This document shows, piece after piece, positions 19,385 to 28,527 of a DNA stretch of 53,815 nt. The position numbers were made by a program, and so were the translations under genes. How positions within the stretch are numbered: position 1 is the first letter of the stretch; each line of letters begins with the position of its first letter. Source of the DNA: Oscillospiraceae bacterium (lineage in GTDB: Bacteria > Bacillota > Clostridia > Oscillospirales > UBA929); NCBI GenBank assembly GCA_031254575.1, contig JAIRUE010000024.1, positions 1 to 53,815 of the forward strand. The letters run 5' to 3'. The notes beneath the pieces are model-generated. The model saw only the letters and a program-made list of their open reading frames with translations. It made no database searches and was not told the origin of the DNA.

Positions 19385-22300
19385 GACGCCTTTCCTCCCC
19401 GCCCGGCGAGCTTTTTGTTCCTGCGGCGTTTCGTTCCGCTCCAGGTGAAGATGATGGGCAGGATCATCGCGGGGATCTCACTCCCGTCCGGCAGCGGCAG
19501 CGACGCCTGCTGATCGCCCGGCCCCGCCATTCCGCTTGCGGCGTCTTCGTCCGTGACATTGATGGTCAGCCTGACCGGGCCGGATTCGAGGGATATATCC
19601 GGGCTGCCGGGCTTGGTCGCCGTCACGTCGATCGTATAGTATATGTCCAGGGTTCCGGACGGATACGTGTAGCTGCCGGGACCGCCGTTTGCCGGCGGCG
19701 TGATGTTTATCTGCACGGTATTGGTACTGGGGTTATGCACCAGTTCTATGATATAGCCGCCGGTCCGCAGTTCGATGTTGCCGTTGGCGTTCACCGTGGC
19801 GGGCGCGCCGTTCTCCGTGGCCCTCAGCCCGACCAGCGCGCTGAGCGCGTAACCGTCCTCGCCGAGCATGTTGTCCCTGATGTAATCGCCCAGGAAGTCG
19901 GCCGTAAAGCTCTCCTGCTCGCCCGAAGGTTTCTGCGTCCACCCATGCGTGTTCACCGTGACCGTCTTCGGCGCCGGTTTGGGGGCGATCCCCACAGCCG
20001 TCCTCGGGAAATCCATCAGCACCGGGGTCACGACCGGATCGCCGCCGCTTACGCCTTCACTGACATAGACATACCGGTATGTCGCCGAAACGGTATCGTA
20101 CATGACGCCGAATTTGCTCCCGGTATATTGCAGGATATAGGGATAATCCACGCTCTTTACCCCGGTTTTTTCTATATTGGCGTTGAATGTTATGCGGCTG
20201 CCAACTTCCGCTCCGTCCTTATACGCGGTAAAGCCGTCCCGCATGACGACGGTGACAATGCCGGTCGCGTTGGTATTCTGGCCGTCGGAGATGTCCAATA
20301 CCGTAAGTCTGCCGTCGTATACGTCCGTTCCCACAGCCGTCTTCTCCAGCCCGATGGGGCTGATGTACACCTTGATCGCATCCTTGTCGGAGCCGTTCGG
20401 CGAATAGGCGGGCGTTCGTATGATGTTGTAAGGCGCCCGCGCCCCGGCGTCGTTCCATTGGACCACGCCCTGATTGCGGAAATACAGCCCCAGCGTCGAA
20501 CCCTCGGCGGTTGTGCCGTTCACCCATTCGCGCACATCGATCTGGAACCGCACCACAATGGTTTCCCCGTATTTGAGCGTCCCGGGGGTCACGCTCAGCG
20601 TCCAGCCGTTCGCGGCGCTGGGCAATGTGACGGCGGGGGTTATGAGGTTCCCGTCCTTTGTAACGGTGAGGCCCATAATATTTCCGGCATCAAGGTAGGC
20701 GTCAAAGGGGGCAAGCTGATCCTCGATCCTGATACCGCCCGCCTCTATCTCGCCGTGGTTTTTCACATGCAGTTCCACCGTCAGGCGGTCATTTGGGCTG
20801 ACAAATTTGGCGTCGGAGCCGCTCGCGGCCCGGACGTATTTATCGATCGTGAGGAAAGCGGGGGCCTGGAAGGTGATGCCGTCCAGGTAGTTGCCCTGTT
20901 CCGGTTCCGCTGACCGGGACTCAAACGCGAATTCGGTGAAGGTCTGCTCGCCGGGGACGGTATACAGCCCGTAATACTGTTTCCACTCGCTGTACCCGTT
21001 CATCGGGAAAGAGCCGCCGGTTTCCACTTTCCAGTAGCCGATGACACGGTTTTCGGCGTAGCCGAATTGCGCCAGCTGGCCGACGGTATCCACGCCGTAC
21101 TGCGGGATTTTCCCGCCGGCGGGATCGCCCTCGCGGCCCCAATCGACCTGATACGAGCTGTCGGACCAGAAGGTGACGCCATAGCCGAGGCCCGCCACCC
21201 ATACGTCGTAGAGGTACGCGGTCCTCTGCGTCCTGGTGTGCGGGTCGTAGAACTCGACCTTCTGCGCCAGGCCGCGCCCGTCCGGGTCGGGTATATTGTG
21301 GTTGCCGTCAATACATGCCACCTCGCCGTTGAGATAGATCTGCCATGTATTGGTAGTGTCCGCGGGGTCGCCGATTATGGAGCCGTAGACGATGGTGCTT
21401 TGCATAGCCCTTGCCGGCGGCGCTTCGCCTCTGTTGTTTGTGGTGATGCACGGCGTGATGCAGGGGCGGATGATGGCAAGGCCGTCCTTGTAAGAGTAAC
21501 CGCCCACCGCCAGCCCGTCCGGCACCATGTCGGAAAGATAGAAGTTCATAATGTTGGCATAGAAGCGGGTGCCAAGCCCGCTATACCAGCCGTCGTTTTC
21601 CTTCCGCCTTGCCGCGTTGTAGAAAGAGTAGTATATTTCCGAGCCGGGGGCGGTTTTCGTGATCTGATACAGCGTGCCCTGCACCTCGGCGTTCAGCTCG
21701 GCAAACAGGCCGTCGGTCCCCCCGGTATAGCTTGTTCTCGGTATACCGCCGTTCCCGTCTGTCCGGGGACGCTGGAACTCCATCGTGCCCCAGAAGCCGC
21801 TGGCGTAATCCGCCGTATTGGTCGGCCTTGTGTTCCAGCCCTGCACCCATTCGGCCCGGTGATAGGCGTAGTTAGGCCAGCCAGCCCAGCCGGGGTTCGG
21901 GTTCCAGCTCCCCACACCCGTATTCCAGCCGCCGCTGCCGCCGCCCAGTATGGAAGACGTCTGCCCTGAGTTCGGGTCCACCAGAGGCAGGTCAAAGTCG
22001 CCGTTGATGAAGTCCACGATACCGACCAGATCTGCCGGGTGCGTGTCCGCCCAGCCGCCGTCGCGGTCCACCTGTCTCGCCGCGGCGTTGACCAGCTGCC
22101 ATTCCTCCGGGTCCTCCAAAGCGGTCAGCACCGGATAGGGATACCCGGTATCCTGCGACATTTCCCACGCGTCTTCAAGCGGATCGGAAACGCCGGTCAT
22201 CACCATGGGGAGGTAAACCTCGTTGAGGAAGTCGTAGTCGATGAATTCGGACTGCAATCCCGTGCCGCCGCCCTCAACGGCGTTGGTGTTGTACTGATCC

Positions 22301-25300
22301 GGCACCCAGTGCTGCGCGCTTGAAGGCAGGTGCCCCTCCAGCGTGTAGCTGTTGCCGGAGAGGAAGAAGCAGTCTCTATCGACATAACCCGCGCCGCCGC
22401 CTTTGATCGGGCGGATGATGCCGCCGGAGACCGGCGCGGGGGCGATATAGAACGCGCGCGCGATAGTGTTATTATTATTACCGGCATTGCCGGCAATGCC
22501 GCCGACCTCGCTTACGCCGCTGACCGGCGAATCGTCATGGGCGTCGATACCGAGTAAATAGACGTCTTTGATACTGGTTGACGTGTTGCCCGCGTACCCC
22601 ATAATACCGCCGACATTCGCCGCGCCGCCGGTGACGGCGCCGTACTCCACGGCGCATTGGCTGACATTGCCCATAGCCAGGCCGATAATGCCGCCGACAT
22701 TGTTGCCGCCGCCGGTAACATCGCTGTCCCTCACGGCGCATCCGCTGACGGCGCCGCCGTTGCCGGCAATGCCGCCGACGTTGTTGCCGCCGCCGTTGAC
22801 GGTGCTCTTCTCCACGGCGCACTGTCTGACGTCGCCCGCGGCGAAGCCGGCAATGCCGCCCACATGATTCCCGTCGCCTTTTACATTGACATACAGCGCG
22901 CGGAAGCCGCTCAGCCCGATCCCGCCGCTGCCCGTGATCCCGCCGGCGTATTGGCCTGCGCCCGTTATATTGACATACTGTACCGTATATCCGCCCGTCA
23001 CGGCGGTGATGGACGACCCGGCGGGGCTGCTGCCCGCGATCCCCCCGACACTTTCACCGCCGCCGCTGATATTGACCCATGTGGGGGACGTCGTGCCGGT
23101 GGGAAGGATGCCCGTCACCGAACATTTGTCGATCGTTCCGCCGTTCATGCCCGCAAGCCCGCCGACATAATCCGCCGTGCCGCTCACTTTGCAATACGTG
23201 GCGGTGCTGTTGCTGATCGTGCCGCCGTTTGTGCCGGCAAGCCCGCCGACATAGCCGCCGCCGGTGATGTCGTTGCGCTCAAGGGCAAGGTTTTGCGCGG
23301 CGCCGCCCGCGCCGATCTGCGAGAAGACGCCGATATTGTCCGCGGCGCTTTCTATGGCGAGGTTTCGGATGGCGTTGCCATCCCCGTCGTAATTTCCGGC
23401 GAACGCGCCGGACACGGCGGACACGGTGAAAACGCTGACGTCCGCGGCGGGACTGCCGAGGTTGACGTAACCGGACAAATCCCAGGCCCATCCGTCGGCG
23501 GTGTATGTCATGCCGCGGATATGATAGCCGTCGGGGGCGTTTATTTTGGCGAAGTCAAGGTCACGCTCCTGTGTAAAGTCCCCCGACAATGTGTCCGGGT
23601 TACGCCCGACGTTATAAAGGTGGCGCGGCGTACGGACGACGCGTCCGGCGGGGGGCGCCGCGTCATTCCCGTAAACCGCTTTGGCGAACAGCGGGTTGAA
23701 GTAACCGTCGTAGTAGCACCCGCTGGCGGCGGGATTGTAGGTGACGGTCAGCCTGACGGGGGCAATTCCGAGGTTCGATCCCGCGGCCGCCTCGACCGCG
23801 TCCATCGGGATAAAGTAATAATACAGCCCCGGCACCGCTTCGGCTTTCAGTTTGTCATTGGTAAGGGATATGACCCCGCCGCCGCCTGTTTTCAGCCGCA
23901 TAAGGGCAATGGGGACCTCTTCCTCAGAACGCAGGAGATAGCCGTCTTCGAGGATTTTCAGGCCGTCATTGAGCGTGTCCTCCCCGTCACCGTCCCAAAA
24001 ACCGTAATTGCTGCCGGTCAAGGGGTTTTCCTCCCCGTAACGCTCATAATACAGCAGGTCAAAGGTCAGGCCCTCCGGCTCCGGCCACCATTCCGGCTCG
24101 CTGACGAAATCGCTCAGACACGGGTACTGATAACGGTCGGCAATGTCATTCGCGCTGCCATAGCCTTCGCGCCATGTGAGCGTGCTCAGGGACCAAAGCA
24201 CTGTTTTCATATCCTCCGCCATGACGGGAGTTCCCTTGCTTGACGCGCCGTTGTTGTAGCCTTTTCCCGTAAGGTAATATACAAGGTGCCAATCCTCTAT
24301 CGCGCCCGGATAGCCCGTCCCGACAACGGGATTTGACGCGTTCCCAAAAAACGCGTCGGTGTACGCGGATTGCAGCGAACCGGCGCCGCTGATCGTCCCG
24401 GCTAACCCGCCCGTGCTGGCATCGGCTCCGGTGACGGACGTCACCCAGCCTGTTGTCTGCGGGTCGGCGGTGCCGTAGTTGAAGAAGACGTTTCTGACAA
24501 TGCCCTCAACCGCGCCCGCGATGCCGCCGACGGTATTCGAGCCTTCTACCTGCGTATAGTCCACATAGCAAATCTCGATCGTGCCCGTGGATTTTCCCGC
24601 GATCCCGCCGACGGAGTTGCCCCCGCTGACGGTGTTGTCGCTACCTAGGGACGGGCTTTCCACGCCGACGGACGAGTGTGTGATGACGCCGCCGTTCATG
24701 CCCGCGATCCCGCCGGTGTAGTCGCCGCCGCTGATATGCGCGTTGACCAGCGCCGCGCCGCGTATCGTGCCGCCGTTCATGCCCGCGACGCCGCCGGCGT
24801 AGCCGCCGCTGACGTCTATGCTTACGTTGACCAGCGTCACGTTTTCAACCGTGCCGCTGTCTGCGGCGGTACCGTCATTCTCAATCGCCGCGAACAGACC
24901 GGTGTTGCCGCCGCCGGTGATTTTCAGGTTGCGGATCTCTTTGCCGCCGCCGTCGTATTGGCCGGTAAATGTACCGTTGACCACGGCCTCGCCAATCTCA
25001 GCCATAGACGCTCGGTAGGTATAGGCGGCGTAAATTGTTCCGGCACTGAGTATTTCCCTGCGATATATCCCGAAATCCGCATCCAGCCGCTGGACATACG
25101 ACGCTTTCAGATTGTCCCCGTTCAGGTCTATATTGTCGATATGCCGGGGCGAGCGGATCAGTCCGGCCTCAGCGGGGGCAAACGCGGGATTGAACTCCGC
25201 CTCGAAGTCGGACGCGGTGAGCTTGATCTCCGCCTTGCCAGACGCGATATACGCCTTCCCGGACACATCTTCCAAAAACTCATTCGGGATGTAGATCCGC

Positions 25301-27879
25301 GCGGTTTCCTTATTCTCATTGCCGGGATCCACATAATAATGCACTTGCCATGTTCCGGCGTATCCTCCCCCGGTTACCGCCGCCGGCGCGACGGCAGCGA
25401 AATCAAGCCCTGAAATTTCGTAGTCGTCACCCTCTATCTGTATTTTGACATCCTTGCCCGCAAAGTCCGTGACGACCAGCGCGTACCCGTCATACTTCAC
25501 AACGGCGTCCGCGTCGTTTCTAAGCGTGGAAGCGGCAACGTCAAACCCGCCCGCGTCCTTGTCATATTTCATGTCTCCGTAAAGATCGCCGCTGTATATC
25601 TCGCAGTAAATCAGATCGACCGGGACGTCGTCATCCTCGGCAATCGGCCAGTATGGATCGCCCGGGAGAATACTTTCCTGCGCGGGTAAAAACGGATAGG
25701 GGTAAATCGGCAAATACGGAGGGACATTCCTGCAATCGACTTCCTCCGCGGCCGACAGCCCCGGTTTCTTCGTCCAGCCGCCAAGCATATAGCCGCCGGG
25801 CTGGTTCAGTTCATCGTACAGCGCCCAGGTGCCCTTTGGCTCGCCTATGTCGCCGTACGCCTTTTCCCGATTGTAGCCGTCACGGTTTCCCAGCGGCTTA
25901 AATACGGGATCGCCCGGTTCCGGCCTGATCGGCTCGCCCTTCAGGTAGTAAGTATTGCCGCCCGCCGTATTATTCCCGTCACCTATGATGGGATATATCA
26001 TTTCGCTTGACCCGGAGCCCGTCTTCGGCGCGAGCGCGAGGAACAGCGCGTTCATCACCGTGCCGCCGCCGTTGTGTCCGGCAATACCGCCCTTAACGGC
26101 GGAACCTTTTATATGCTCTTCCGGAAGCGGCGAGATAAAGGTGACGTTTACAATTTGGCCCGTTTCCAAAGAACCGGCAATGCCGCCCGCGCTGTCCGCG
26201 CCGGTAATAAATCTGTCTGTGTCGTATTTCACATACGCGCCGACGATCCTGGCGCCGCCGCTCAGTCCGCCGCATACGCCGCCCGCGTTCGCGCCGGCGA
26301 CGTTCGGGTTGCTGACGGTGATACTGTCCGCGCTGCCGCTCAGCGTGCCGCACAGCGCCCCCGCGCTGCCGCCGCCGCTGACGGCGGCATTACTGACGGT
26401 GATATTGTCCGCGCCGCCGCTCAGTTCGCCGCACAGCGCCCCCGCGTCGCCGCCGCCGCTGACGACCGGGTTGGTAAACACAAGGCCGCCTGCGGACCCG
26501 CTGACCGTCCCGAACAGCCCCGCGCGGGATGATGTGCCGGCAGGCAGGCTGACCCTCAGGTTAGAGACGGCGCGGCCGTTGCCGGAGAACCTGCCGGAGA
26601 AAGCGGGAATGGGCGCGAAGTTGAAAATATCGGAAGAATCACCGGTGTTTATCCCAATATCGTTCAGCAGCGTAAAGTTGGCGTCCGGCGCGAAACGGAC
26701 GTTATACAGGTGCCGCGCGGAGGTGATTGTGTAATTTCCGTCTGTCCCTCCGCTGTAAAAGGGGTGCTTAGAGCCGGATTCCACCCACACGCCGTTGGCG
26801 GTGTCGGTCAGCTTTGCCGTTATGTAACTGGCGGGGTTAACGAAGGTACTCCTGAGACAGCCCACATAATCAGATTCGGTGTCTCTGAGAACCTGGTCAA
26901 GAATATAGACGATACGGATTGCCTCGGGGCCGGTATCCATACTTTGGTATATTTCGGCGCCTGGCGTGCCGGGCATGCCGGGCATTGGTAAAACCCCGGA
27001 TGGTACAAAAGACGCGGAAGACGGGAGTGTGACGCCGGGAACGGATAAGGTAAATCCGTGATCCTGCCACGCAACCGGAATGAGTATATCGACATATAGC
27101 GCGTTTTTATTGGCATGTAACCACGCATCATCCGGTAATCCTTCACCCGGATTACAAGTATCTTTCAAGAAAATAAGGAGTTCGTCAAACTCTCCTATCT
27201 GGCTGGTGTTGTCCACGCCGTAGTAGCCCTGGCGGCGGTCACGGGCGCGGGAACCGTCCGGATACCCGCCCGGCCCCATGCCGCGCGGGCCGACGATATT
27301 GGTCGGCTCACTGTCGCTGTCATCGCCGCCATAATTCAACTCAGCCTGTGCGGCGTCCCCGTAAAAAACGGACAAAACAACACCGGTCTCGATGTTGTAC
27401 TCAATCAGTATGGCGTTGTCGAGGACGCCCCTGTCAACATCCCCTCTGGCGGAGACCATCGGGCTGAGCAGGCGCCGCATCAGCGCGGGCGCGGTGGTAT
27501 CCCACGGCCCTCTGGGTTTGCTGATGAAGTGGACCAATGTTTCATTGTCCGGGTCCTCATTGGGAGGCATGGGTATTGGCCCCTCAGCCTTATAAACAGG
27601 CCGTATGGACGCATATCCCGGAATCAATTCGCCATTCGCGTCATAATACTCAGTCTGCGCCGCTTTCAGCCCCCTGGTGACCCGGAGGTGTGTCAGCTGG
27701 TTCTGCGCCGCGAGGTAGACCGTCCTCGCGACATTCATGCGGTTGGCCTGCCGCCCCGCCTCCCAAAAATGGTACAGGGACGGCACGGCGATGGCCGCGA
27801 GTATGGCCAACACCACAAGCACGATCACGACTTCAAGCAAAGTAAAGCCGAGACGCCTTTTCCCGGACCTTTTCATCAC
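19381..27879 (-). CDS. giant (2832 aa) pilin-headed adhesin-like protein with GLUG-type repeats
   Basis: KRRLG|FTLLEVVIVLVVLAILAAIAVP class III signal; many (V/A)GG(I/L)AG repeats; three xRHxxN-led modules; DUF11-like domain near the C-terminus. Confidence 0.88.
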   Translation of the reverse strand: MMKRSGKRRLGFTLLEVVIVLVVLAILAAIAVPSLYHFWEAGRQANRMNVARTVYLAAQNQLTHLRVTRGLKAAQTEYYDANGELIPGYASIRPVYKAEGPIPMPPNEDPDNETLVHFISKPRGPWDTTAPALMRRLLSPMVSARGDVDRGVLDNAILIEYNIETGVVLSVFYGDAAQAELNYGGDDSDSEPTNIVGPRGMGPGGYPDGSRARDRRQGYYGVDNTSQIGEFDELLIFLKDTCNPGEGLPDDAWLHANKNALYVDILIPVAWQDHGFTLSVPGVTLPSSASFVPSGVLPMPGMPGTPGAEIYQSMDTGPEAIRIVYILDQVLRDTESDYVGCLRSTFVNPASYITAKLTDTANGVWVESGSKHPFYSGGTDGNYTITSARHLYNVRFAPDANFTLLNDIGINTGDSSDIFNFAPIPAFSGRFSGNGRAVSNLRVSLPAGTSSRAGLFGTVSGSAGGLVFTNPVVSGGGDAGALCGELSGGADNITVSNAAVSGGGSAGALCGTLSGSADSITVSNPNVAGANAGGVCGGLSGGARIVGAYVKYDTDRFITGADSAGGIAGSLETGQIVNVTFISPLPEEHIKGSAVKGGIAGHNGGGTVMNALFLALAPKTGSGSSEMIYPIIGDGNNTAGGNTYYLKGEPIRPEPGDPVFKPLGNRDGYNREKAYGDIGEPKGTWALYDELNQPGGYMLGGWTKKPGLSAAEEVDCRNVPPYLPIYPYPFLPAQESILPGDPYWPIAEDDDVPVDLIYCEIYSGDLYGDMKYDKDAGGFDVAASTLRNDADAVVKYDGYALVVTDFAGKDVKIQIEGDDYEISGLDFAAVAPAAVTGGGYAGTWQVHYYVDPGNENKETARIYIPNEFLEDVSGKAYIASGKAEIKLTASDFEAEFNPAFAPAEAGLIRSPRHIDNIDLNGDNLKASYVQRLDADFGIYRREILSAGTIYAAYTYRASMAEIGEAVVNGTFTGQYDGGGKEIRNLKITGGGNTGLFAAIENDGTAADSGTVENVTLVNVSIDVSGGYAGGVAGMNGGTIRGAALVNAHISGGDYTGGIAGMNGGVITHSSVGVESPSLGSDNTVSGGNSVGGIAGKSTGTIEICYVDYTQVEGSNTVGGIAGAVEGIVRNVFFNYGTADPQTTGWVTSVTGADASTGGLAGTISGAGSLQSAYTDAFFGNASNPVVGTGYPGAIEDWHLVYYLTGKGYNNGASSKGTPVMAEDMKTVLWSLSTLTWREGYGSANDIADRYQYPCLSDFVSEPEWWPEPEGLTFDLLYYERYGEENPLTGSNYGFWDGDGEDTLNDGLKILEDGYLLRSEEEVPIALMRLKTGGGGVISLTNDKLKAEAVPGLYYYFIPMDAVEAAAGSNLGIAPVRLTVTYNPAASGCYYDGYFNPLFAKAVYGNDAAPPAGRVVRTPRHLYNVGRNPDTLSGDFTQERDLDFAKINAPDGYHIRGMTYTADGWAWDLSGYVNLGSPAADVSVFTVSAVSGAFAGNYDGDGNAIRNLAIESAADNIGVFSQIGAGGAAQNLALERNDITGGGYVGGLAGTNGGTISNSTATYCKVSGTADYVGGLAGMNGGTIDKCSVTGILPTGTTSPTWVNISGGGESVGGIAGSSPAGSSITAVTGGYTVQYVNITGAGQYAGGITGSGGIGLSGFRALYVNVKGDGNHVGGIAGFAAGDVRQCAVEKSTVNGGGNNVGGIAGNGGAVSGCAVRDSDVTGGGNNVGGIIGLAMGNVSQCAVEYGAVTGGAANVGGIMGYAGNTSTSIKDVYLLGIDAHDDSPVSGVSEVGGIAGNAGNNNNTIARAFYIAPAPVSGGIIRPIKGGGAGYVDRDCFFLSGNSYTLEGHLPSSAQHWVPDQYNTNAVEGGGTGLQSEFIDYDFLNEVYLPMVMTGVSDPLEDAWEMSQDTGYPYPVLTALEDPEEWQLVNAAARQVDRDGGWADTHPADLVGIVDFINGDFDLPLVDPNSGQTSSILGGGSGGWNTGVGSWNPNPGWAGWPNYAYHRAEWVQGWNTRPTNTADYASGFWGTMEFQRPRTDGNGGIPRTSYTGGTDGLFAELNAEVQGTLYQITKTAPGSEIYYSFYNAARRKENDGWYSGLGTRFYANIMNFYLSDMVPDGLAVGGYSYKDGLAIIRPCITPCITTNNRGEAPPARAMQSTIVYGSIIGDPADTTNTWQIYLNGEVACIDGNHNIPDPDGRGLAQKVEFYDPHTRTQRTAYLYDVWVAGLGYGVTFWSDSSYQVDWGREGDPAGGKIPQYGVDTVGQLAQFGYAENRVIGYWKVETGGSFPMNGYSEWKQYYGLYTVPGEQTFTEFAFESRSAEPEQGNYLDGITFQAPAFLTIDKYVRAASGSDAKFVSPNDRLTVELHVKNHGEIEAGGIRIEDQLAPFDAYLDAGNIMGLTVTKDGNLITPAVTLPSAANGWTLSVTPGTLKYGETIVVRFQIDVREWVNGTTAEGSTLGLYFRNQGVVQWNDAGARAPYNIIRTPAYSPNGSDKDAIKVYISPIGLEKTAVGTDVYDGRLTVLDISDGQNTNATGIVTVVMRDGFTAYKDGAEVGSRITFNANIEKTGVKSVDYPYILQYTGSKFGVMYDTVSATYRYVYVSEGVSGGDPVVTPVLMDFPRTAVGIAPKPAPKTVTVNTHGWTQKPSGEQESFTADFLGDYIRDNMLGEDGYALSALVGLRATENGAPATVNANGNIELRTGGYIIELVHNPSTNTVQINITPPANGGPGSYTYPSGTLDIYYTIDVTATKPGSPDISLESGPVRLTINVTDEDAASGMAGPGDQQASLPLPDGSEIPAMILPIIFTWSGTKRRRNKKLAGRGGKAS

Positions 27880-27912
27880 ACTGACCTCCCGTCAATCGGG
27901 CCGCGTTCGCGG

Positions 27913-28527
27913 CTAAAGGCTGTTGAGCATTGTCACCTCAAATGTAACGGTCGTCCGCTGCAGTTCCGCTTCGGGATCTTCCCCTCCGAATCCTTCCTCT
28001 CCGAAACCGAACGACAGGCTGCTGACGCGGACGTAGCCGATCCTGTCCACCGCGTTCAGCAGGCTCTTGAGCGAATCGTAGCTGGTTGTGGCCGCGACGG
28101 TCGCCGTGACGGTGCAGAACGCCGCGGCCTCCCCGCCGGCCGCACCGTCTCCCCCGGGGGCGTAAAAATCCACCGGTTTGGACAGGGTGAGGCTGGGTCC
28201 CTCCAGCCCGTTGTCCAGACAGAGTTTCGTCAGTTCGCGCCCGATCTCCTCGCTTTTGCTGGCCGGGCGGTACTGCTTCTCGATCAGGGCGTAGTCTTCG
28301 AGCGTCTGCTTATAGTTCGCCCGGATGGCCGATTCGCCCGCGAGGTCCCTGTTGACCATCATCTCCTGGTCGAGCAGCTTGCCGTATTCGTCTGTTCTCT
28401 CCAGATAGAGGTTGTATTGCGGCATGAACCCGAACTGAAACGCCACATAGAACAGCGCCACAACCGTCACGATGACCAGCAGCCGCTTCTCGTTCTTGCT
28501 CAGGCCTGTCTTCTGTGTCTGTTGCAT
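27913..28527 (-). CDS. pilO: PilO/GspM-like alignment protein
   Basis: LSKNEKRLL plus TM helix, coiled coil, then SYDSLKSLLNAV...VRVSSL; located after pilMN. Confidence 0.75.
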   Translation of the reverse strand: MQQTQKTGLSKNEKRLLVIVTVVALFYVAFQFGFMPQYNLYLERTDEYGKLLDQEMMVNRDLAGESAIRANYKQTLEDYALIEKQYRPASKSEEIGRELTKLCLDNGLEGPSLTLSKPVDFYAPGGDGAAGGEAAAFCTVTATVAATTSYDSLKSLLNAVDRIGYVRVSSLSFGFGEEGFGGEDPEAELQRTTVTFEVTMLNSL

